Assembly: GCA_028868895.1 (NCBI GenBank)
Contig: JAGWTP010000003.1
Coordinates: 7,392 to 71,391 of the forward strand
Length of the DNA: 64,000 nt
From: Burkholderiales bacterium
GTDB taxonomy: Bacteria > Pseudomonadota > Gammaproteobacteria > Burkholderiales > Burkholderiaceae_C
Direction: 5' to 3'
In this document: in pieces, positions 24,697-35,687 of the stretch
Layout: every line of letters starts with the position of its first letter
Position numbering within the stretch: position 1 is the stretch's first letter
Notes under the pieces: model-generated
The model's input: the letters and a program-made list of their open reading frames with translations, nothing else
Database searches by the model: none
What the model was told of the DNA's origin: nothing
Translations under genes and position numbers: made by a program

Positions 24697-25494
24697 GTGA
24701 CGGTGCTGCGACTGCCGGTGGCGCGCCTGGCGCTGGCGGCGATGCTGCTGCTGGCCTTGCTGCCGCCGCTGGCGGTGCTGCTGTACGGGCTCACCGAGCG
24801 CTGGGACCGCAGCCTGCTGCCCGAGGGCGCAACGCTGCACTGGCTGATCGACGTCGGCCGCGCCGCGCGCACCCATGCCGCGGTGATCAACACCTTGTGG
24901 CTGTCGCTGTGCAGCGCCGTGCTGGCGGTCGTGCTGGGCACGGCCGCGAGCCTGGCGGCGCGGCTCGCGGCGCCGCGCCTGGCCGAGCTGCTCGACGCGC
25001 TGGCGCTGCTGCCCTACGCGATCCCGCCGGTGGTGATCGCGATCGGCGCGCTGGAGTTGTTCGTCGGCCGCTGGGGCGCGTATCTGGACTTGCGCATGGT
25101 CTACGTGGGCGTGGTCACGCCGCTGCTGTTCCCGCTCGTGCACAAGTCACTCGGCGCGGCGCTGAAGCAGCTCGACGCCGCGCAGCTGCTGGAGGCCGGC
25201 CGCACCCTGGGCGCCGGCGACGCCTACATCCTGCGCCGCGTGCTGCTGCCGCTGCTGGTGCCGGCGCTGACGGCCTCGCTGCTGCTGTGCTGGATCACCG
25301 CGGCGATGGAGTTCGCGATCGCCAACCTGCTGCTCGGCGGCAGCGTGGAGCTGCTGCAGCCGATGATGAACAGCATGCGCGGTGTGAACGGCCACGAATC
25401 GGCCGCACTCATCGTATTGAGCTTTGGTGTGGTGGCGGTGCTGGGCACCGTCGTACAGGCATTGATTTCATGGAACACCCGGAAGAACTCGTAG
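24697..25494 (+). CDS. ABC transporter permease 2
   Basis: TM segments, EAA loop LEAGRTLGA. Confidence 0.85.
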   Translation: MTVLRLPVARLALAAMLLLALLPPLAVLLYGLTERWDRSLLPEGATLHWLIDVGRAARTHAAVINTLWLSLCSAVLAVVLGTAASLAARLAAPRLAELLDALALLPYAIPPVVIAIGALELFVGRWGAYLDLRMVYVGVVTPLLFPLVHKSLGAALKQLDAAQLLEAGRTLGAGDAYILRRVLLPLLVPALTASLLLCWITAAMEFAIANLLLGGSVELLQPMMNSMRGVNGHESAALIVLSFGVVAVLGTVVQALISWNTRKNS

Positions 25495-26486
25495 TCCGCC
25501 AGGCCAGCGCCACGCTCGGCGAGCGCCAGATCCTGCGCAACGTGGACTTGGCGATTGCGAAGGGCGAGGTGCTGACGCTGCTCGGCGCGTCGGGCTGCGG
25601 CAAGACCACGCTGCTGCGCGCGATCGCCGGGCTCACGCCGCTGACCGGCGGCGAGATCGTGATCGCGGGGCGCGACGTGACCCGCGTGTCGGCGCAGCAG
25701 CGCGGCATCGGCGTGGTGTTCCAGCACTACGCGCTGTTCCCGAACCTGTCGGTGCTCGAGAACGTCAAGTTCGGTGCGCTCGCCGACGGCCACAGCCAGG
25801 CCGAGGCGCTGGCGCGTGCGCGCGAGCTGCTGCAGCTCGTCGAGCTCGACGACCACGGCCACAAGCTGCCCGGCCAGCTTTCGGGCGGCCAGCGCCAGCG
25901 CGTGGCCCTGGCGCGCGCGCTGGCGCGCAAGCCTTCGCTGTTGCTGATGGACGAGCCGTTCTCGGCCCTCGACGAGTCGTTCCGGGTGCCGCTGCGGCGC
26001 TCGTTCCGGCGCCTGCAGCAGGAGCTGAAGCAGACCTGCCTGGTGGTCACGCACGATCGCGAAGAGGCCTTCGAGCTGGCCGACCAGGTGGCGGTGATGT
26101 TCGACGGCCGCATCGAGCAGTGCAGCACGCCGCTGGAGCTGTGGCGGCGCCCGACGAGCCGGCGCGTGGCCAACTTTCTCGGCGCCTTCAACCTCTTCGA
26201 CGCGCGCCAGGCGCCGGGCGCGCTGCGCCGCGACGGCGGCAGCTGGATCGCGCCGATCGAGGCGCTGCAGTCGGCCCGTGATCCGCGACCCGAAACCGCG
26301 CAGTGGGCGCTGCGCGCCCAGGTGCTCGCGTGTTACGTGGGCCAGCAGCGCGTCGCGCTGGACCTGCGCGGCGAGGCCGGCGAGGCCCTGGTGCTGTGGC
26401 GCGGCCACGACCAGGCGCTGCCGCCGGCCGGCGAGTGGCTCGACCTCAGCCTGCCGGTCGCGGCGCTGCAGCACGTGCCCGACTGA
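25470..26486 (+). CDS. ABC transporter ATP-binding protein (PotA-like)
   Basis: GASGCGKT, LSGGQRQRVALARA, LLMDEPFS. Confidence 0.9.
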   Translation: MEHPEELVVRQASATLGERQILRNVDLAIAKGEVLTLLGASGCGKTTLLRAIAGLTPLTGGEIVIAGRDVTRVSAQQRGIGVVFQHYALFPNLSVLENVKFGALADGHSQAEALARARELLQLVELDDHGHKLPGQLSGGQRQRVALARALARKPSLLLMDEPFSALDESFRVPLRRSFRRLQQELKQTCLVVTHDREEAFELADQVAVMFDGRIEQCSTPLELWRRPTSRRVANFLGAFNLFDARQAPGALRRDGGSWIAPIEALQSARDPRPETAQWALRAQVLACYVGQQRVALDLRGEAGEALVLWRGHDQALPPAGEWLDLSLPVAALQHVPD

Positions 26487-26534
26487 CGCGGGCGCGGCGC
26501 GCGTTTGGCGGCGGGTGCATCGGCCGCGGTGGCG

Positions 26535-27335
26535 TCAGCGCGACGTGCGCTTCGTGTTGGCGGCCACTGCCGAGCGGTGAGCCGAGGTGCGTTTCACCGT
26601 CGGCTTCCCTGTCGGTGGCGGCGTCACCGCCGTCGGCTTCGCCGGGGTCTTCTTCGCCACGGACTTCGTCACCGCTGCCTTCGCCGGTGCCGCCTTCTTC
26701 ACCGCCGGCTTGCGCGCGCGCGCCGCGCGGATCGCCTCATGGCCGCGCGTCAGCGGCGCCAACGGCGCTGCGCCGCGGGTGACCGCGCCGGCGCCGAGCA
26801 CGGTCTTGGCGCGCTCGTAGTACATCTGCCGGTCGGCCAGCCCGTTGGTGCCGCCGTTGATGCGCCGAGTGATCGTGACGAACTGCTGCGCGTCGGCGAG
26901 TTCGTTCAGCCCGTTGGACTGCCAGTACAGCCCGGCGATGGCGAACGCGAGCTCGGGGGTGGCGGCGAGCGCGGGGTCGGCCACCAGGTCGACGCCGAGC
27001 AGGTCGCCGAACTTCTGGTAGTTGGCGCGCCCGGTGATCTGGATCGGCCCGCGGCCCTTGAAGCGCGCACCGTCGCCGGGCTGCGTGTTGCCGAGCCGCG
27101 CAGCCAGGTCGCCGGGCGGCTCGTAGCGCCGCTGCGCCGCGGTCGGGCCCCACAGCTCCTCCATCCAGCGCAACTCACCCGACTCGTGGGCCAGCTGGGC
27201 GATGAAGGCCGCAGTGCGCAGCACCGTGTCGACCGCATGGGCTTGCATCGCCTGGTTCAGGTGCGGCAGGTAGAGCTGCCGCCTGGCCGGCGCGAGCGTG
27301 GGCATGATGCGCTGGAGCTGGGGGTCGGTGAGCAT
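26535..27335 (-). CDS. Glycoside hydrolase family 19 (chitinase/lysozyme-like) with K/A/P-rich tail
   Basis: QLAHESG, GRGPIQITGRANY, ITRRINGG motifs. Confidence 0.88.
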   Translation of the reverse strand: MLTDPQLQRIMPTLAPARRQLYLPHLNQAMQAHAVDTVLRTAAFIAQLAHESGELRWMEELWGPTAAQRRYEPPGDLAARLGNTQPGDGARFKGRGPIQITGRANYQKFGDLLGVDLVADPALAATPELAFAIAGLYWQSNGLNELADAQQFVTITRRINGGTNGLADRQMYYERAKTVLGAGAVTRGAAPLAPLTRGHEAIRAARARKPAVKKAAPAKAAVTKSVAKKTPAKPTAVTPPPTGKPTVKRTSAHRSAVAANTKRTSR

Positions 27336-27406
27336 CGCGCGGGCCTTTCATCGGGCGGTGGGCGGCGCACGATCTGACCACGCTGCCGCGGCCCGTCGTA
27401 TCCCTA

Positions 27407-27563
27407 GGGCTCGTGAGGAGATAACTTGGACATTTGGCCGCTGGATTGGGATGCGATGCGAGGCGCGGAGCGCGCCGTGTGGCGAGCCACACAAGCGATT
27501 CGCAACGACGCAACGCGCCCAAGTCCAGCGAGTCAGATGTTCAAGTTATTTCGGAACGAGCCC
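27407..27563. repeat. Long imperfect inverted-repeat element (MITE-like or structured RNA)
   Basis: Arms 27407-27460 and 27509-27563 match at 44 of 56 aligned columns (hand alignment) and enclose short internal hairpins. Confidence 0.7.
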
Positions 27564-27596
27564 CTGGCGGCCCGTCGCTGCGATCGAGCCGGCCGC

Positions 27597-28319
27597 CTAC
27601 ACCGAGAAGCTGCCGACGAGCCGAAAGCGCGCGCCCGGGTGGTACAGCCGCGCGACCGACGCGACCGCGCCTTGCGAGACGGTGCGGCGCGACACCATCA
27701 GCAGCGCGCTGCCCACCGCCACCTCGAGCGCGCGCGCCTGCTCGGCGCCGGCGAGCACGGCCTCGACGACCTGCTCGGCCTCGGTCAGCGGTGCGTGCTC
27801 GAACAACACATGCGACGGCGTGACGCGGGTGAAGTCGCGCGTCAGCAGGTCGGGGGCCAGGGCCGGGTTGACGTGGCGGTCTTCGAGCTGGATCGGCACG
27901 CCGTTTTCGAGGTGCACGAGCTGCACGTGGTAGACGGCGGCGCCGCGTGCCAGGCGCATCGCGGCGGCGGTGCCGGCGTCGGCCCGGTCGCGCGCCACGA
28001 CGCACACGCGGGTGGCGTGTGCGTGGCCGCGTTCGCGGATCTCGTCGTGGATGTCGCGCACCCGCAGCAGGTTGGAGATCGGGTGCAGCTCGGCCACGTA
28101 CGAGCCCGAGCCCTGGCGGCGCTCGATCAGGCCTTCTTCCTCGAGCTCGCGCAGCGCGCGCTGCACCGTCATGCGGGCGCAGCCGAACTCGAGCACCAGC
28201 TCGCGCTCCGACGGCAGCCGCACGCCGGGCTGCCAGCCGCCGCGCGCAATGCGCTTGCGCAGCGCGGCCTTGACGGTGGCATAGGGCAAGGCACGCGGCG
28301 CAGGCGCGGCGGCTTTCAT
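27597..28319 (-). CDS. hutC: Histidine utilisation repressor (GntR/UTRA)
   Basis: LPSERELV...ARMTVQRALREL...RRQGSGSYV HTH, UTRA domain, divergent from hutH. Confidence 0.9.
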   Translation of the reverse strand: MKAAAPAPRALPYATVKAALRKRIARGGWQPGVRLPSERELVLEFGCARMTVQRALRELEEEGLIERRQGSGSYVAELHPISNLLRVRDIHDEIRERGHAHATRVCVVARDRADAGTAAAMRLARGAAVYHVQLVHLENGVPIQLEDRHVNPALAPDLLTRDFTRVTPSHVLFEHAPLTEAEQVVEAVLAGAEQARALEVAVGSALLMVSRRTVSQGAVASVARLYHPGARFRLVGSFSV

Positions 28320-28364
28320 CGGGCGGGCGCGGGCGTTTTCATCGGCCGATTCTATCGGCCTGCA

Positions 28365-28387
28365 TGCTAAAGTTGACTAGACCACTT
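28365..28387 (+). promoter_or_regulatory. Extended -10 (TGcTAAAGT) overlapping a putative HutC operator AAGTTGACTAGACCACTT
   Basis: Imperfect 18-bp palindrome centred on CTAG, upstream of hutH. Confidence 0.6.
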
Positions 28388-28401
28388 GGGGCCGCCGACG
28401 C

Positions 28402-29922
28402 ATGGACACGCCACACCACACGATCACCCCCGGAAGGCTCGATGCCGCGCTGCTCGAGCAGGCGGCCGGCGGCGGCGCGCGCTGGTCCGTCGCGCCGTCG
28501 GCGCGCGCCGGCATCGAGGCCAGCGTGCAGGCGGTGCGCGAGCTGGTCGCGCGCCACGCGCCGGTCTACGGCATCAACACCGGCTTCGGCAAGCTCGCGC
28601 AGACCCGCATCGCCGACGACGACCTGGCGCAACTGCAACGCAACCTGGTGCTTTCGCACAGCGCCGGCGTGGGCAGGCCGCTGGCCGCGCCGGTCGTGCG
28701 CCTGATGCTGCTGCTGAAGGCGGCGAGCCTGGCGCATGGCGTCTCGGGCGTGCGCCCGCAGGTGATCGACGCACTGCTCGCGCTGCTCGACGCCGACGTG
28801 CTGCCGGTCGTGCCCGAGAAGGGCTCGGTCGGCGCCTCGGGCGACCTGGCGCCGCTGGCGCACCTGAGCGGGGTGCTGATCGGCGTCGGCGAGGCCTTCG
28901 TCGACGGCCAGCGCGTCGGCGCCGCGCAGGCGCTGGCGCGCGCCGGCCTGGCGCCGCTCGCGCTCGGGCCGAAGGAGGGGCTGGCGCTGCTCAACGGCAC
29001 CCAGGCGTCGACGGCGCTGGCGATCCACGCGGTGCAGCGGCTACGGCGCGTGTTCGACGCGGCGGTGGCGGTCGGCGCGATGACGGTCGACGCTGCCAAG
29101 GGCTCGGACACGCCGTTCGACGACCGCATCCACGCCGCGCGCGGCCAGCGCGGCCAACGCGAGGTGGCCGGGCGCTACCGCGACTGGCTCGCCGGCAGCG
29201 CGCTGCGCGCCTCGCACCTGCACTGCGAGCGCGTGCAGGACCCGTACTGCCTGCGCTGCCAGCCGCAGGTGATGGGCGCCTGCCTCGACCAGATCGAGCA
29301 CGCGTGGGGCGTCCTGCTGATCGAGGCCAACGGTGTTTCCGACAACCCGCTGGTGTTTGCCGGCCCGCTGCAGGCGCGCCACGAGGCGCTGTCGGGTGGC
29401 AACTTCCACGCCGAGCCGGTCGCGTTCGCGGCCGACAACCTCGCGCTGGCGATCGCCGAGGTCGGCGCGCTCGCCGAACGCCGCACCGCGATGCTGATGG
29501 ACCCGGTGCTGTCGGGCCTGCCGGCGTTCCTGGTCGAGCACGGCGGGCTGAACTCGGGCTTCATGATCGCGCAGGTCACTTCGGCCGCGCTCGCGTCCGA
29601 GAACAAGTCGCTCGCACACCCGGCCAGCGTCGACTCGCTGCCGACCTCGGCGAACCAGGAAGACCACGTCTCGATGGCGACCTTCGCGGCGCGGCGCCTG
29701 CACGCGATGCTCGACAACACCGCCGCCGTCGTGGGCATCGAATGGCTTTGCGCAGCGCAGGCGATCGAGTTCCACCGGCCGCTGCGTTCGTCGGCGCCGA
29801 TCGAGGCGCTGCTCGCGCGCTTGCGCGAGCGCGTGCCGCGCCTGACGGCGGACCGGCGCATGGCGCCCGACATCGAAGCCGCGACCGCGTTGGTCGAGGC
29901 GGGCGTCGCGCCACTCCCGTGA
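28402..29922 (+). CDS. hutH: Histidine ammonia-lyase
   Basis: [12 protein letters not shown]-forming [34 protein letters not shown]. Confidence 0.95.
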   Translation: MDTPHHTITPGRLDAALLEQAAGGGARWSVAPSARAGIEASVQAVRELVARHAPVYGINTGFGKLAQTRIADDDLAQLQRNLVLSHSAGVGRPLAAPVVRLMLLLKAASLAHGVSGVRPQVIDALLALLDADVLPVVPEKGSVGASGDLAPLAHLSGVLIGVGEAFVDGQRVGAAQALARAGLAPLALGPKEGLALLNGTQASTALAIHAVQRLRRVFDAAVAVGAMTVDAAKGSDTPFDDRIHAARGQRGQREVAGRYRDWLAGSALRASHLHCERVQDPYCLRCQPQVMGACLDQIEHAWGVLLIEANGVSDNPLVFAGPLQARHEALSGGNFHAEPVAFAADNLALAIAEVGALAERRTAMLMDPVLSGLPAFLVEHGGLNSGFMIAQVTSAALASENKSLAHPASVDSLPTSANQEDHVSMATFAARRLHAMLDNTAAVVGIEWLCAAQAIEFHRPLRSSAPIEALLARLRERVPRLTADRRMAPDIEAATALVEAGVAPLP

Positions 29923-29992
29923 CGCGGGTGACACCGGCGCTGCCGCGCGGCGTGGTGCGCGGCGTCGTGTGCGGCACCCGCGCGCGCTGCGC

Positions 29993-30187
29993 TCAGCTGC
30001 CGGCGGCCTTGACCACCTTTTGCGGCATGTTGATCCAGACCACCGTGACGCCGCGGTCGCGCGCCACGTGGTCGATGACCTGGACCTTCGCGTAATCGGT
30101 CTCGAAGCTCGAGCCGGCCGGCATTTGCAACGCCGCGCAACCGGCCAGCCCCAAGCTGGTGACGATGGCCAACGAGATGCGCTTCAT
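29993..30187 (-). CDS. Small lipoprotein (64 aa)
   Basis: GGAG RBS; signal peptide with lipobox LAGC. Confidence 0.65.
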   Translation of the reverse strand: MKRISLAIVTSLGLAGCAALQMPAGSSFETDYAKVQVIDHVARDRGVTVVWINMPQKVVKAAGS

Positions 30188-30250
30188 CGGAGGTCTCCTC
30201 GGGCTGCCCAGTCCCTCGGTTCACTTTAGGTGGCAGATTCGGCAGCGTCA

Positions 30251-30272
30251 ATCGACATCGACATCGACATCG
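30251..30272. repeat. Tandem hexamer (ATCGAC) x3.7
   Basis: Seen directly in the intergenic DNA. Confidence 0.7.
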
Positions 30273-30343
30273 GTACGCCGCACGCGGCACGCGGCGGCGG
30301 CAGCGGCAGCGGCGTGCTGCCGGATGCCAGGCGCACGCCGCTC

Positions 30344-30379
30344 GGTCTAGACTTCGATCACCGCCTGTCTAGCCCACTT
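30344..30379 (+). promoter_or_regulatory. Two putative HutC operator sites upstream of hutG
   Basis: GGTCTAGACT (30344-53) and TGTCTAGCCCACTT (30366-79), both with the CTAG core. Confidence 0.5.
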
Positions 30380-30397
30380 GTCCGAGGGCTGCCGCTC

Positions 30398-31195
30398 ATG
30401 GATTCGACCCCGACCCACACGCTGACCCACGGCCACGTTCCCTTGCTGGTGTCGTTCCCGCACGCCGGCACCGAGATTCCCGACGCGCTGGCCGCGCGGA
30501 TGACCGCCGAGGCCCTGCAGCGTGCCGATGTCGACTGGCACCTGCCGCAGCTCTATGGCTTCGTCCATGCGCTGGGTGCGAGCACGATCGTGGCGCGCTT
30601 GGCGCGCCACGTGATCGACCTGAACCGCCCGCCCGACGACAACAGCCTGTATCCGGGCCAGGACGTGACCGGCCTGCTGCCGCTGGACACCTTCCGGCGC
30701 GAGCCGCTGTACCGCGCCGGCCAGGCGCCGGATGCGGCCGAGGCGCAGCAGCGCCGGCTGCGTTACTGGCAGCCGTACCACGACGCGCTGCGCGCCGAGC
30801 TCGACCGGCTGCGCGCGGCGCACGGCAGCGTCGTGCTGTGGGAGGCGCATTCGATCGCGAGCCGGCTGCCGCGCTTCTTCGACGGCAAGCTGCCCGACCT
30901 GAACCTGGGCACCGCCGAAGGCCGCGCCTGTGCGCCAGGGCTGCAGGCTGCCGTGGAAGCGGTGATGGCGGCGCAGACGCGCTACACCCACGTCAGCAAC
31001 GACCGCTTCAAGGGCGGTTACATCACGCGCCACTACGGCCGGCCCGAGGCGGGCATCCACGCGCTGCAACTCGAGATGTGCCAGTGCACCTACATGACGG
31101 AGTCGGCGCCGTTCGGTTACCGCGACGACCTCGCCGCGGCGGTGCAGCCGCTGCTACAGCGGATGCTCGACGCCGCCCTGCAGGCGCGCCCGTAG
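30398..31195 (+). CDS. hutG: N-formylglutamate deformylase
   Basis: PLLVSFPHAG, DVDWHL, WEAHSI, RFKGGYITRHYG, HALQLEM. Confidence 0.93.
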   Translation: MDSTPTHTLTHGHVPLLVSFPHAGTEIPDALAARMTAEALQRADVDWHLPQLYGFVHALGASTIVARLARHVIDLNRPPDDNSLYPGQDVTGLLPLDTFRREPLYRAGQAPDAAEAQQRRLRYWQPYHDALRAELDRLRAAHGSVVLWEAHSIASRLPRFFDGKLPDLNLGTAEGRACAPGLQAAVEAVMAAQTRYTHVSNDRFKGGYITRHYGRPEAGIHALQLEMCQCTYMTESAPFGYRDDLAAAVQPLLQRMLDAALQARP

Positions 31196-32389
31196 CGGGG
31201 TGGCGCCGATCGCGTACGACAACTCGGCCGGGTGGTCGATGTCCCACAGGCACAGGTCGGCGCGCTTGCCGAGTGCGATGCTGCCGCGCGACGCCGCCAG
31301 ACCGAGCGCCTGCGCGGCGTGGCGGGTGACGCCGAGCAGCGCCTCGGCGGGCGTCATGCGCAGCAGCGTGCAGGCCATGTTCATCATCAGCGGCAAGTGG
31401 GTGCCGGGGCTGGTGCCGGGGTTGCAGTCGGTGGCCACGGCCATCGGCACGCCGTGAGCGCGCAACAACGCGATCGGCGGCGGCTGCGTGTCGCGCAGGA
31501 AGTAGTACGCGCCGGGCAGCATCACCGCCACGGTGCCGCTGCGCGCCAGCGCGCGCACGCCCGCCGCGTCCGCATGCTCGAGGTGGTCGGCCGAGAGCGC
31601 GCCGAACTCGGCGGCGAGTGCCGCGCCACCCTGGTTCGACAGCTGATCGGCATGCAGCTTCAGCGGCAACGCGTGCCGGCGCGCGGCCTCGAACACGCGC
31701 CGGGTTTGTGCCGGCGTGAACGCGATGTGCTCGCAGTAGGCGTCGACCGCGTCGGCCAGTTGCAGCCGCGCCGCCTCGGGCAGGATGTGCTCGACGATCT
31801 CGTCGACGTAGGCGTCGGCGCGGCCTGCGAACTCGGGCGGCACGGCGTGCGCGGCGAGCAAGGTGGTGCGCACGTCGATCGGGAACTGCTCGCCGAGCGC
31901 GCGCGCGACCTGCAGCATCTTCAGCTCGGAGCGTTGCGACAGGCCGTAGCCCGACTTGATCTCGACCGTGGTCACGCCATGGCGCATCAGGCTCTTCAAG
32001 CGTCGCGCCGACTGGGCCTGCAGGTCGATCGGGTTGGCCTCGCGGGTGCTGCGCACGGTCGCGGCGATGCCGCCGCCGGCGCGGGCGATGGCTTCGTAGC
32101 TCGCGCCCTGCAGCCGCATCTCGAACTCGTGCGCGCGGTTGCCGGCGTAGACGAGGTGGGTGTGGCAGTCGATCAGGCCGGGGGTCAGCAGCGCACCGTC
32201 GCCGTCGAGTTCGGCGCGCACCGGCACGCCCGGGTCGAGCGCGCCGATCGGGCCCATGCCGGCGATCAGGCCGTGGGCGATCGCGACGAATGCCGGCGGC
32301 GAGACCGCGCACTCGTCGTCGGCGCAGGTGACGATGCGCACGTTGCGTATCAGCAGGTCGATGGCGGGGGCGGCAGCGGCGTCGGGCAT
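31154..32389 (-). CDS. hutI: Imidazolonepropionase
   Basis: TPGLIDCHTHLVYAG, EIKSGYGL, KLHADQLS, ATDCNPGTSP. Confidence 0.94.
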   Translation of the reverse strand: MPDAAAAPAIDLLIRNVRIVTCADDECAVSPPAFVAIAHGLIAGMGPIGALDPGVPVRAELDGDGALLTPGLIDCHTHLVYAGNRAHEFEMRLQGASYEAIARAGGGIAATVRSTREANPIDLQAQSARRLKSLMRHGVTTVEIKSGYGLSQRSELKMLQVARALGEQFPIDVRTTLLAAHAVPPEFAGRADAYVDEIVEHILPEAARLQLADAVDAYCEHIAFTPAQTRRVFEAARRHALPLKLHADQLSNQGGAALAAEFGALSADHLEHADAAGVRALARSGTVAVMLPGAYYFLRDTQPPPIALLRAHGVPMAVATDCNPGTSPGTHLPLMMNMACTLLRMTPAEALLGVTRHAAQALGLAASRGSIALGKRADLCLWDIDHPAELSYAIGATPLRARLQGGVEHPL

Positions 32390-32391
32390 GG

Positions 32392-33810
32392 TCAGACCTC
32401 GTCGAGCAGTTCGCGCCGCGCAGCGACGAAGCGGGCGCAGGCGCTGCGCTCGAGCGCATGCCGGCCCTCGTGCACCCGTTGCACGCCGGCGACCCAGACG
32501 TCGCGCACCGCGCCATGGCCGGCGAGCGCGAACACGTGGTTGGCCAGTGCCTGCGGTGGGTCCAGGCCGGCGAGGGTGCCGCTGTCGTCGAGCACGATGA
32601 AGTCCGCCTGCTGGCCCACCGCCAGCCCGCCCAGCGCGCGGCCGCTCGCGCGCGCGCCGCCGCCGACGGCGCCGAGCCAGAGCCGGTCGGCGACCTGGCG
32701 GTGCGCGGGGCTGGCGAGCACATGGCGCTGCTGCCGCGCGAGCCGCTGGGTGTATTCGAGCCAGCGCAGCTCGCCGGCGGCATCGACACTGGCGTGGCTG
32801 TCGGAGCCGATACCCCAGGCGCCGCCGGCGGCGAGGTAGGCGGCGGCGTCGAACACGCCGTCGCCGAGGTTCGCCTCGGTGCTCGGGCACAGCCCGGCGA
32901 CCGCACCGCTGGCCGCCAGCGCGCGCCGCTCGGCGTCGCTCAGGTGGGTGGCGTGGACGAGGCACCAGCGCGCGTCGACCGCGGCGTTGGCGAGCAGCCA
33001 CTCGACCGGCCGCCGGCCGCACCAGGCGAGGCAGTCGTCGACCTCGCGCTGCTGCTCGGCGATGTGGAGGTGGACCGGTGCGCTCGGGTCGAGAGCGTGC
33101 AATCCGGCGACGACCTCGTGCAGCGCGCGCGGCCCGACCGCGCGCAGCGAGTGCGGCGCGATGCCGACGTGCGCGCCGTGCGCGCGCAGCCGCGCCGCAA
33201 TGTCGAGCAGCGCGTCGGTGCCGGTGACGAAGCGGCGTTGCTGCGCGCGCGGCGGCGTGGCGCCGAAGCAGGCGTGCTGGTACAGCACCGGCAGCAGCGT
33301 GATGCCGATGCCGGCCTGGCGCGCGGCGGCGAGCAGGCGCAACGCCATCTCGGCCGGGTCGGCGTACGGCCGGCCTTGCGGGTCGTGGTGCAGGTAGTGA
33401 AATTCGCACACCGCGGTGTAGCCGGCCTGCAGCATCTCGACGTAGAGCTGGGTCGCGACCGCTTCGAGCTGGTCGGGCGAGATCGCGAGCGCGAAGCGGT
33501 ACATCAGGTCGCGCCAGGTCCAGAAGCTGTCGGCGCTGGCGTCGGTGCGGGTTTCGGTGCTCACGTCAATGCGCTCGCCGCGGTACTCGGCCAGGCCGGC
33601 GAAGGCGCGCTGGAACGCGTGCGAATGCAGGTTGGGCACGCCCGGCAGCAGCACGCCGGCGGCGCGCGGTGCGTCGGTCGGCGCGGGGGTGTCGGGGCTC
33701 ACGGTGGTGAGCGTGCCGGCGGTGTTCCAGGCCAGCAGCACGTCGCGCGCCCAGCCTTCGGGCAGCAAGGCGTGGGCGGCGTGCAGGCGGGGTTGCGGAT
33801 CGGCGCGCAT
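32392..33810 (-). CDS. hutF: Formimidoylglutamate deiminase
   Basis: PNLHSHAFQRAFAG, VCEFHYLH, APHSLRA, HLHIAEQ, CPSTEANLGDG, IGSDSH. Confidence 0.93.
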   Translation of the reverse strand: MRADPQPRLHAAHALLPEGWARDVLLAWNTAGTLTTVSPDTPAPTDAPRAAGVLLPGVPNLHSHAFQRAFAGLAEYRGERIDVSTETRTDASADSFWTWRDLMYRFALAISPDQLEAVATQLYVEMLQAGYTAVCEFHYLHHDPQGRPYADPAEMALRLLAAARQAGIGITLLPVLYQHACFGATPPRAQQRRFVTGTDALLDIAARLRAHGAHVGIAPHSLRAVGPRALHEVVAGLHALDPSAPVHLHIAEQQREVDDCLAWCGRRPVEWLLANAAVDARWCLVHATHLSDAERRALAASGAVAGLCPSTEANLGDGVFDAAAYLAAGGAWGIGSDSHASVDAAGELRWLEYTQRLARQQRHVLASPAHRQVADRLWLGAVGGGARASGRALGGLAVGQQADFIVLDDSGTLAGLDPPQALANHVFALAGHGAVRDVWVAGVQRVHEGRHALERSACARFVAARRELLDEV

Positions 33811-33855
33811 CGGCGTGGATCGTGACACGGGCTGCGGGGGCAGCGCTTGGCGCGT

Positions 33856-35601
<1,746 letters not shown>

Positions 35602-35626
35602 CGGCGCGTCGCCTTCTTGCGGGTGG

Positions 35627-35652
35627 GGCCAAGTGGCCTAGGCCACTTGGCC
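35627..35652. promoter_or_regulatory. Perfect 26-bp palindrome, putative HutC operator upstream of hutU
   Basis: GGCCAAGTGGCCTAGGCCACTTGGCC; its core matches the hutH site. Confidence 0.6.
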
Positions 35653-35687
35653 AAGCATGCAAGAACTCGGCCGCCGCGTCAACCGGA

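Noticed and set aside
26535-27335. Prophage around the GH19 gene
   Set aside because: No holin, integrase, structural or other phage genes nearby.
27407-27563. Reading the inverted-repeat element as an integron attC site or as 6S RNA
   Set aside because: The ends do not fit RYYYAAC/GTTRRRY and there is no integrase; it lacks the 6S central bubble and the zapA/ygfA context.
31154-31195. 42-nt convergent overlap of hutG and hutI
   Set aside because: Short tail-to-tail overlaps are common in high-GC genomes.
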